A stretch of 46,972 nt of DNA, filler included, from Catajapyx aquilonaris (Eukaryota): the NCBI GenBank assembly GCA_000934665.2. It is 2 parts of 2 records of this genome, joined end to end, with 100 filler letters (N's around TTAATTAATTAA, not from the genome) between each part and the next. Parts side by side here need not be neighbours in the genome. Positions count along the whole stretch, not along the records: positions 23,540 to 46,972 come from KZ539397.1; 1 more part is not named here. One strand, given 5' to 3'. The notes under the pieces are model-generated. The model was given only the letters and a program-made list of their open reading frames with translations. It was not told the origin of the DNA and did no database searches. Of this stretch, positions 38,701 to 46,972 are shown piece by piece; positions within the stretch are counted from its first letter, which is position 1, and each line of letters starts with the position of its first letter. A program made the translations under genes and the position numbers.

Positions 38701-41633
38701 GTATTCTCAGCATGTCCTAGACTAGTAAGCCTACTCTGGTGCTGTTGGTGAGGGGCAGAGGTCATGCAAGGAGCCCCTGGGCAGAGGAAGAGCTCTGGTG
38801 TATCATCCACATCTTTATGCTGGTGACTTTACATGCACAAGGCATTTCACTATTTCTGTTAAGAAATCTCACCTCAGTGTCATCTTCTTCTTAAACTCTT
38901 CTGCTGCTTTGGTATCAGTGTTCCTCATCTCCTGGTACCTCTCCTCCAGATCTGACCAATCCTTCATGACCTGCAAATGTGTAATAAATTTTAGTGACAT
39001 GACTTGTATCATGTATTTCTATATGGCATGTTCAAATGAAACATAATGTGAGGCAATATCTCAGGAACTATTTGTCTCAGCTGAGTACTAGTGGTATCTC
39101 TGAGTAGGCACTTGCATGGCTAATTTTCATGCAGAATAGTTAGTAGTCAGTATGCATGTAGTGGACAGGGGAGCATTTTATACAAGTCTCCCAGGGCTAT
39201 GCATTCGTCCAACAGGCACAACTCGTCATCATCCTTTTTCCTCATCAAGGAAGGAACTGCACCAGTGGACATTGTCTATTGGATGCCAAGGGTGTGTGGG
39301 AGAACCTGCTTCAGCCACAACACCTTGGTGCAGAAACCCACTAAGGAAATGTACTCTGGAAAGGTCCTCCGTGCACACACGTCTGGACAGAAATTCCCTG
39401 TCAAAAATCCCACCTTTTGAAGAGCGTCTTGGGGTTAAAACAGACATTCCCATGCACCTTCTGCATCCAATGGACAATGTTCACTGGTGCAGTTCCTTCC
39501 TTCATGAGGAAAAAGGATGACAAATCCATAGCCCTGGTAGCCTTGCATAAAATGCTCCCCTGTCCACTACATGCATACTGACTACTAACTACTCAGCATT
39601 AAAATTAGCCATGAAAGGGCCTACTCGGAGATATCACTAAGACTCAACTGAGACAAATAGCTCCTGAGATAGTGCTTCACTTTATGTTTCATTTGAACAC
39701 ACCAAGTACATAGAATAAGTTGTTTTTTTTAACCTGTGGAAAACCTGTAACAGCAGCACAGGAACTTTAAAAAAGGAAGTAAATGCAATATGTGGCAAAG
39801 TTAAGTGCCAATTCTCCAGTTGCATTAAGCCTGTTTTACGAATTCCCTCTGCTCGTTACAACGCAACTTCACACCCCGAACTGCAAGTCATCGCTGCATA
39901 TGGGTGTACAGCAAAACACTGCTTCCTGCCATGTGTGAATATTTATGAAAAGGTTGCTGCTCGCGGCAAAGTATGAGAATGTATGAGCAAGTATGAGAAA
40001 GGGAGGGTCGGAGAGGTATGTGCGCTAGGCCAACCTGGAGTCTGGCAGGCTCAGGGCGGACTCCGGGGCGGGGAGCCGGGTGAGGGCAGTGTCCTGCACC
40101 ACATACGGGGCGAAGGTGGACGAGATGGAGGCAGAAGGACGGAACATTAGCAGCCAGGCGGACTGGGGAAAAGAAGCAAGATGGGGGAGACGAGGAGGTG
40201 AAGGAGGCGTGGATGTAACGTGACTCGATGTGACTTCCTCTGATTGGCTCAACGCGGCAGCATGCAATCGGACTTCTGGAGATTTTGAAGTCGGTAGCTG
40301 GCTCTTTCGGCAGCAAAACAGCTTGCTGCTCATTGTCTTTTAATAAATTGGTTTGCTCCGCGCATTGCTTGTAGTCGCTTTATAACACAAAAAGGGAATT
40401 CGTAAACGGGCTTCAGAGTACTTCAGTTATAAGCTGACCATATTGCCCATTTCAGTTACAGCTTCTTTTCCAATATTATGGCAAGCCTAATTCTTTCTTA
40501 GAACAGCTCTGCAGGTACTTCTGGGGCCAGCTTACTCAAACAATCAAATGATATTGCATAATATAAGTTACGGTACTTGTATGCTGATGAAAGTGACACC
40601 GATGGAGACAATATTTGTGTTGTGCACTTTATTTGCATCAATTTGTAGATCTGGCCCCTGGCAGACTGTATCTGATCCCTTTGCTGGTGCCACTAACAGA
40701 GCCAGCAAATAATTCTCTTAATAGAACACTTTTGCAGATTACTTGGGAGAAGTGGAACAAACATACTGCATATCTAGACACAAATAGCCTCAAATCCCTT
40801 TGATGATGTCCTCAAAGGCTCATTTGTCCCTGACAGCACGACGGTTGTTGATGTCTGTGCTACAATGCACTATACACTAGTGCAATATCAATAAATGACT
40901 GGATACCTCATGACATACAGGGCGTGTGGAAATTTAACATACCAGTACCATCACTTTGGGGGTTGGTAGAGAGAATCTAGACAAACATTTTAAGGATAGG
41001 CATTGTGGGTCTCCACAGCCTAGTTACCCAGCTAATGGACGGCAAACACAAGACATAAAATATCCTGGCAGGTACGCGTCCCTCCTCACAACCTCACCCT
41101 TTCCATTTAAATTTTGAGTGTTCTCATGCAATTTAAATTTAAGATACGATCTCATTAGGTCTAGCAGGTAGTGGCCAAGGCAATGGAAGTGTTGCAGGTG
41201 GTGTCAGTGACATTGAAGCTGGTATAATGCAACCTTTATTTAATGCTAATTATATCAGTACTAGGCTGTGGAGACATGGGGTGAAATTTTCGTCCCACTG
41301 CTTAGAAGTACAGTACCAGCATTGGCACTGGTACTGCTAAGTTATCAGTATCTAGCAGTGGGATGAAAATTCAACACATGATAGGGAGGCATGGTGGTCT
41401 GGTGGTTACACCACTGGCCAGCCAAGCGGGAGGCCGGGGTTCAAATCCTGTCCTCGTCACCTCTGCTTGGCTTTCCGCCTTTCACCCGACATGCAGGGGC
41501 AGAATTGGACTCCCTACACTGCCCAGGGCCAGCAGAAAAGGTCTGGTGTATTTCAGAAAGTCAGAAATGACTATAATTACAGCGCCCTCCCTTGGGAACC
41601 TCCCCTTCCACCCTATCATGGGGTAAATTTTTA

Positions 41634-41693
<60 letters not shown>

Positions 41694-41749
41694 TTTTATT
41701 TTATTTTATTTTCCGTACCCCTTGATGGCCCTATATGGGCCTTTCGGGG

Positions 41750-41799
<50 letters not shown>

Positions 41800-41885
41800 T
41801 TCAACACATGATCTATTAGAACCCATCTACTGTCCCCCAAAGTGACGGCATGTTAAATTTCCACACCCTGTATAGGATGGTGGCC

Positions 41886-41950
<65 letters not shown>

Positions 41951-43204
41951 GGTAGTGTTGACGGACCTTTATTTAGACACATACATTACAATGTCCTTGC
42001 TCTGCTGCAGCGCCCTGGTCCAATGGGTGTAGGGAAGGAGGACATTGTTTCTAGTCATTTCAGACCCTCTTAAATACCAGACCTTTTCTCTTGGCCCTGG
42101 GCAGAGAAGGGAGTGCAATTCTGACCTGACACGTCAGGTGACAAGTGAAAAAATACCCGACCAAGAAGAGGTGATGGGGACGGGATTTGAACCCCGGACC
42201 TCCCACTTGGCTGGACAGTAGCATAGCCACTAGACCAATATGCCCCCCAAGTGTAATATCTTAGCCCAATAAGGCCCTTGTTAAGACATGGAATTGTCAC
42301 ATCACATCATGCATTTGATACATGAAACTTCTGAAATTATCATGTGAATGGCATAACAATCCATGTCTTTGAAAACATACTCTTCATCCAAATTTATTGT
42401 GCCTGGATTGAGGTAGTGGATAGCTTTAAGATAAGGCAGTGGGTCAGCATTGTCATTTTTAGCTTGAAGGCCATTTATGCTACAATATTTTGGAGCAGGC
42501 ACATCACAGGGTTTTTCAAGTGTTTTCAGATCCTTGCAACCTAATTATCATCATCTTATTGGCTGCAATATGTTCTCATGTTTCAATGTGGGGAAAAAAT
42601 TTATGTCATTTCATGTCTCTTCACACCTCATGCATAACCACTGCACTTAATGCAACCAAATCAAACCACAATCCAATGATTAATATGGGAAAAATCCAAG
42701 AACACACAGCACAGCACTGAGCAAATGTACGAACAAGTTCTCATTAGATACTAATTAGAAAAGTAGCTAAAATTGCCAAGTTGCAAACTACCTTGGTGAT
42801 CTTTTCCTTGTGCATCTCTTCTAGACGCTGCTCTGCCTCCTTGAAGGCCTGGTGCTCAATGCGAGGGTCAAAGTGGGTAAAGTATGGATCAGGAGTGGGC
42901 ATATCAGGTGCATGCGAGGATGAGGACGGGTGGGTCTCCTGTGGAGCAGCAGTGGACGAGGAGGAGGAGGTGCTGCCAGACCTCGGGCTAGAATTGGTTG
43001 ACTTGTCCGCCTCTAAATCATCATCTTCATCATCTTCCTCATCAGATTCACTGCCATCAGCAGCATCATCCAACATCTCCTCATCAGGATCATCATCGTC
43101 ATCATCTGCCTCGTCAGCAGCCTCACTCTCCAGAGGTTGTGGAACTTCCAACTTGACTTTCTCCTCCTTCACCAGGTCTAAGTCTGACTTGGGTGACTTC
43201 ATGT
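29726..43204 (-). CDS. Appl: Amyloid precursor protein-like, 5'-partial (acidic region, E2 domain, TM, YENPTY tail)
   Basis: Exons 43204-42792, 38970-38873, 37734-37578, 37362-37172, 35689-35269, 30054-29908 and 29836-29726 join in frame. Asp/Glu-rich tract, then [49 protein letters not shown] (E2), [24 protein letters not shown], tail [37 protein letters not shown]1-domain exons were not found in the window. Confidence 0.95.
31437..32174. mobile_element. Tc1/mariner-derived foldback element (two inverted 3' ends, transposase C-terminal relic)
   Basis: TA|CAGGGTGGGGCAAAAGTC...GACTTTTGCCCTATCATG|TA. Arms 31437-31749 and 31864-32174. The + strand from about 31764 reads [66 protein letters not shown], the [16 protein letters not shown] motif of Tc1/mariner (rosa/DD41D-like) transposases. 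Confidence 0.9.
33262..33421. mobile_element. 160-bp MITE-like hairpin with 56-bp arms
   Basis: Arms 33262-33317 and 33366-33421 are complementary except at one position; the loop contains (GT)n. Confidence 0.8.
33978..34526. mobile_element. Long palindromic mariner-type MITE, family M, copy 1
   Basis: Ends (T/C)AGGGTGTGGAAATTTAA...GTTAAATTTCCAGACCTTG|TA with extensive internal arm pairing (e.g. TGTCTATGTCTTGGCAAG / CTTGCCAAGACATAGACA). Same termini and subterminal sequence as 40918-41870. Confidence 0.8.
36173..36283. mobile_element. 111-bp hAT-type MITE with 8-bp TSD
   Basis: TTTTCAAC|CAGGGATGGAAAAAGTACCGCTTC...GAAGCGGTTCTTTTTCCATCCCTG|TTTTCAAC: perfect 8-bp TSD (36165-36172, 36284-36291) and Ac-like CAGGGATG termini. 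Confidence 0.88.
39030..39698. repeat. Long inverted repeat (arms about 270-290 bp), unclassified foldback
   Basis: 39030-~39322 pairs with ~39426-39698, including a 45-bp perfect stretch (39137-39181 / 39547-39591). The ORF track shows the same peptide [14 protein letters not shown] on both strands. Confidence 0.92.
39828..40412. mobile_element. Non-autonomous TIR element (PIF/Harbinger-like) with GC/CpG-rich interior
   Basis: TTA|AGCCTGTTTTACGAATTCCCT...AGGGAATTCGTAAACGGGCT|TCA: roughly 45-bp imperfect TIRs and 3-bp TNA flanks. Confidence 0.65.
41279..41377. mobile_element. PIF/Harbinger-like mini-MITE (same family as 6134-6243)
   Basis: ATG|GGGTGAAATTTTCGTCCCACTGCT...AGCAGTGGGATGAAAATTCAACAC|ATG. 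Confidence 0.75.
41383..41798 (+). mobile_element. tRNA-derived SINE, family B, full length with (AAT)n tail and 14-bp TSD
   Basis: A box TGGTCTGGTGG, B box GGTTCAAATCC, (AAT)n tail. TSD ATTCAACACATGAT at 41369-41382 and 41799-41812. Confidence 0.88.
41633..41949. repeat. Three (AAT)n microsatellites (41633-41693, 41751-41798, 41887-41949), serving as SINE tails
   Basis: Pure AAT runs adjacent to SINE 3' ends. Confidence 0.9.
41887..42248 (-). mobile_element. tRNA-derived SINE, family B variant with a different 3' tail
   Basis: The - strand reads GGGGGCATATTGGTCTAGTGG..GGTTCAAATCCCGTCCCCATCACCTC..CAGAATTGCACTCCC..TGCCCAGGGCC..GAAAAGGTCTGGT..GAAATGACTA, homologous to 41384-41573, then an unrelated tail ending in (ATT)n. 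Confidence 0.8.
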
Positions 43205-43454
43205 CTGTTGGAGGGAATGGCAAGATATTTCAGACATCTGGAAAGTCTTGCAGTAACTCATCCTGTCTTACTCTCATGGTGGGACTAACAACTTCATTAA
43301 TGCATGAATTATACATGGGAACAAAAAATCTAACCAATGGTCCTGAATTTAGCTCTGAGAGCACAAGAGGAGCATAATGTGAAAATGAAGCACGTGTCAC
43401 ACATTCCCATGTTACTGTATTACTGTATCATCAGTGAAACAAGTATTGTCCCAG

Positions 43455-43696
43455 TCATCCTGACGTGTGTGCTGCCCGCTCGACACACACCATGTAACTT
43501 ACATGGTGGGACCAAGGATAGGGAAGGAAGGAAGCGGCTGTGGCCTATTTTTACGGAAACGACCCCGGAATTGTCCTGGGGGAACCGTGGGAAACCACAG
43601 GAAACCACGGCCAGGGTCGCCGGCCCCGGGATTCGAACCCAGGACCTCCCAATTAGCAGACGGACTCCATATCCACTACACCAACCTGCTTCGGTT
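43455..43696 (-). mobile_element. tRNA-derived SINE, family A, longer copy with structured 3' tail
   Basis: The reverse complement matches 26128-26311 over about 185 bp and continues into a hairpin-rich tail (CACCATGTAA-G-TTACATGGTG; GTGTGT..ACACAC). Confidence 0.85.
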
Positions 43697-44384
43697 GGCT
43701 GGCCCCCTATAAGTGTATGAGAACCAGACAAATATAGCATTGAAAAACGATCCTTTTCCTTCAATGTTACAGCAATAAGAGAGAAATATTCTACAAATCC
43801 CGCCACGGGTTGTTGACACAAAACATCCATTGGTCATGTCAGGTGCGAATAATGACACTGGTGCAACCAAAATGTCACCATTCAGGGAATGATATTGATC
43901 ATGAATGTGGACAATGTCACAGCACCGCAAATGCCACACGGGAACGTGCATGCTATTTTAAGCACTGTGCATACCCTCATCAAAAACACATTAATAACAT
44001 TTAAAACCTTGTTTGCCTGGCTATGACCGGTAACGATCGCGCCTAATATTCACATCCCAGCACGCGGTATTTCGAAATCCCCATTCCTGAATACTTGTCT
44101 CTTCCGAGACTGCCTCGGCCCAGATGTCTCCAGCAAAACCCATGCATCTGGAAACCCTATGCAAGCTACTTGGTTTACTCTCCAGGTTGTGGTCTGGCCG
44201 TCCATGCCCTGCATCAGGACTACAAAAGCTCCTCTGCAGCTGCAGCAACAGAAGCGTCTTGGCGCAAAAAGCCCGTTTCCCGTCCGCAGTGGCAGACGCA
44301 TTTCCATCCCGTGGACCTGCGCTGATGCAACCGCTGCTGTTGCACCAAAGGAACACCACACGGCACGGACATGAGGCCACCCCC

Positions 44385-46708
44385 NNNNNNNNNNNNNNNN
44401 NNNNNNNNNNNNNNNNNNNNNNNNNNNNNNNNNNNNNNNNNNNNNNNNNNNNNNNNNNNNNNNNNNNNNNNNNNNNNNNNNNCCCAACCCTGGCAGCATT
44501 TATTTCCTCCTCTCCTCCGATTCTTCCAACACTCTTTCAAGGTAATCCCAAGAAAGTGCTTCCGTCCATTCGCCGGAAAGCACTCGCTAAGGTTTCGATT
44601 TTACAGATATACAACCATAGAAATCTCTTAACCCCTCCCCCCCCTCCAGTCAATAGCTATTCAATTACAGCCTTTCTGCCCGATTTTGCCCCCTTCTCTT
44701 TCTCTCTCCCTCTCTTCCCATGTATCGACACCAATGTTGTAAAAAGTTATGATGGAATCAAAATGTGGTCGTTAACATATCAATTCGGCCATGAATATCG
44801 GCTTCCCCCCCCCCCTCTCTCTCTCCGCGTGTAAATACACAACCCTTAACGAGAGAATTTTAAACAGGCCGGAAAATTGCGCAGCTCTATGAATTGATTA
44901 ACGATCCCGCAATATGCATGATTTCCTTGTGGTCATGCGACGCAAACACCCCCCTGAACATCCCCATTCATTCGCCCTAGACAATTCTGCATGAATGAGA
45001 CGACAGAGAGAACCCACCCACTGAAAATATACAAGCGTTCTGCAAAAGACGGCTATATCCTGGCGCATACTTTCCGCCACATTTGTCTGAGGACGCGCGA
45101 GTGGAAGAAAACGATAGCAAGGCGTTTAAGCTCCTACCCAGCAAACTCCTTTCTCTGGCAGGCGGCCATTTTTCCACGTTAGCTCCTATCGACCAAATTT
45201 CTTCAGCTGTGAGAAGACNNNNNCCCCCCCCCCCTACTCCTTTGCCATATTCTGCATCGTCCTATGCTACCCAAAATTCACAACCCAAGTTCAACACGGA
45301 CACATTTGTTGCCCTTACCCACCTTCGACATACGGCCCTAAAATCTTCCTCGTTTATTTTCGCAATTAGGTTTTCAAAAAAAACTTCGTGGGGGGTGCTT
45401 CTTCCGGGTAAGCCGGCAGAATGAATACGCCCGGATTCTAACAACGACCCAAGAATTATAACAAAAACCACCCTCCTGATTGGGCAATCGAAAACCATCC
45501 GGTCTGCCATTTAAAAAAAAATTAAAACACTATAAAACATCAATAGCATAAAAGTGCGGCCATTACAAACGAGCGGATGCTCAATATGAAATCAACTTTG
45601 AAGTGGGAGAAATGGTTCCTGACCCTCCCGTAATTTCAATCAGCGTAAAAGCAGCCGTCCTTCGCCCACTGCATGCACCGTTGGCAACAGCGGAAAGGAA
45701 AAAAAAACCGACTGCCTATAAATAAAAAGGTTCCAATTAAAATAGAAATGAGATTTTTGTCCCGAAAAAATGAATCGAGGTTATGCGTCTCTCTGGATTC
45801 CCACAAAAAAAACAGGGTATACCCTCTCTCCCCCCAAAAAACTACAAAAAAAACAAAACCCCGAAGCAGAGCAGATGTGGTGGGGATGAAAGTAGAGGTC
45901 GGTCGCTTGCTCTTATTGGTTTCACGAAGGACTGTTGCGCTTGTTTTCTGGAGCGCACAGCTGACTCCGACACTCAGCAAAAGAAACGGCCATTACATAG
46001 CGCCCCTCGTCTATATACAGGCTCAACGCTCCATTGCATTTGAGGGGGGCCCACCTGCATAATTACAACCTTCCGCCCAGCATATACAACAGCAGCTACG
46101 CGATTCCCTGAGTGATAGCCTACAGCCAGCTATTTTTTTCACTTAGTCGCAAGCGTAAAGATCGAAGTGGGTCTGGCGCCAGAGGCTTTTTGGCTAGTGA
46201 AGACAAGGCTTTCTTTCCGAGTGGCGGCGATTGCCCGAGTCCACCATGACCCCCCCGTCTCTTTTCTTTCCCCCGTGCCAATCAATAAATGGCGCACGCC
46301 ACCCCCTACCCAGCCGAGAGGGGGGGAGCTCTATATGAGCCCTCACCTGCGCCTCGGACTCGTGTCCATTTTTTTTTTTTGTTCTTGTTGTTGTCATTAC
46401 CCTGTTGGATTTATGTATCCGGGAGTGAAAGGGAAAAATATTCATGACTGCATATCTGGGCCGACACCAATACCGGTATTGCCAGAGTGTTGTCAAGGAC
46501 TGGTTGCAACATTGAATGAAATTAACACCGGTCCATCCTATGGCCGTGCCCATTATTGCCAGTCAACAAAACATGTATAAGAAGAGCCATCGGCGCAACG
46601 TACTCGCAGGCAACATTTGGCAAGCAAGCCCCCGCGCTCCCCCTCTGCCCCCCCCCCCNNNNNNNNNNNNNNNNNNNNNNNNNNNNNNNNNNNNNNNNNN
46701 NNNNNNNN
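44385..46708. other. Assembly gaps next to poly-C runs (44385-44482, 45219-45223, 46659-46708)
   Basis: N runs bordered by C homopolymers, typical of short-read dropout. Confidence 0.85.
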
Positions 46709-46972
46709 CCCCCCCCCCCCCCTCACTCCTTCGGAAATTTATTGACCCGTTCTTCCTTCTAGGTCTCCGTGTATATATAGCCAACCTATCCTCTACTTTG
46801 GCTTACTGCAGGTACCAATATGCTCACCTGTTCGCCGCACCCTCCGAATCGAATCATCGGGGGCGCACCAAGTTGCAATCATACGACCGCGTAGCCTTGT
46901 AAACTGCACGTTTGGAGAGCTATGAAGGATTACCAAATCTCAAATATTGGTTCTGAAGACAACCCCTGGCTG

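Larger units (their letters stand above)
40918..41870. mobile_element. Mariner-type MITE, family M, copy 2, carrying nested insertions
   Basis: TA|CAGGGCGTGTGGAAATTTAACAT...ATGTTAAATTTCCACACCCTG|TA. Subterminal GTCTCCACAGCCTAGT / ACTAGGCTGTGGAGAC is shared with 33978-34526. Confidence 0.85.

Noticed and set aside
41592..41819. Poly-Asn ORF, or a CRISPR-like repeat-spacer pattern in the AAT arrays
   Set aside because: These are simple microsatellite tails of SINEs in a eukaryotic intron; there are no conserved direct repeats with unique spacers and no cas genes.
373..43204. Functional cluster of proteases (tolloid, calpain) with the APP-like gene
   Set aside because: An artificial linker separates the two halves, so physical linkage is unproven, and neighbouring eukaryotic genes need not be co-functional.
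42781..43377. 198-aa Ser-rich ORF on +
   Set aside because: Antisense shadow of the Asp/Glu-rich Appl exon (GAT/GAA codons read as TCA/TCT/TCC).
44021..44834. Several 100-236-aa ORFs around the 98-N gap
   Set aside because: Several are inflated by Ns; no domain similarity or supporting splice chain.

Overview
Eukaryotic genomic DNA from an arthropod (species cannot be determined), with short introns on the left and longer, repeat-filled introns on the right. An artificial 100-bp linker (N44-TTAATTAATTAA-N44, 23440-23539) splits the window into two contigs. The left contig holds the 3' part of a tolloid/BMP1-like metalloprotease gene (+, 12 exons, one GC-AG intron), a complete lipase maturation factor 2 gene (-, 9 exons, 639 aa), a complete ABCH-type half transporter (-, 9 coding exons, about 703 aa) and the 5' half of a classical calpain (+) that the linker cuts off. 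The right contig holds the 3' part of an amyloid precursor protein-like gene (Appl, -, 7 exons ending in YENPTY). The Appl introns are strongly CpG-depleted and packed with self-complementary elements: a mariner foldback built from two 3' ends, an unclassified 670-bp hairpin, several MITEs, inverted tRNA-derived SINEs and a four-layer nested insertion. The most intriguing inference is that two palindromic copies of one MITE family flank an 867-nt, in-frame, stop-free block of four E2-domain exons, which suits back-splicing (a circRNA with an endless ORF) or in-frame skipping. All exon calls come from manual translation and splice-site reading; no database searches were run.
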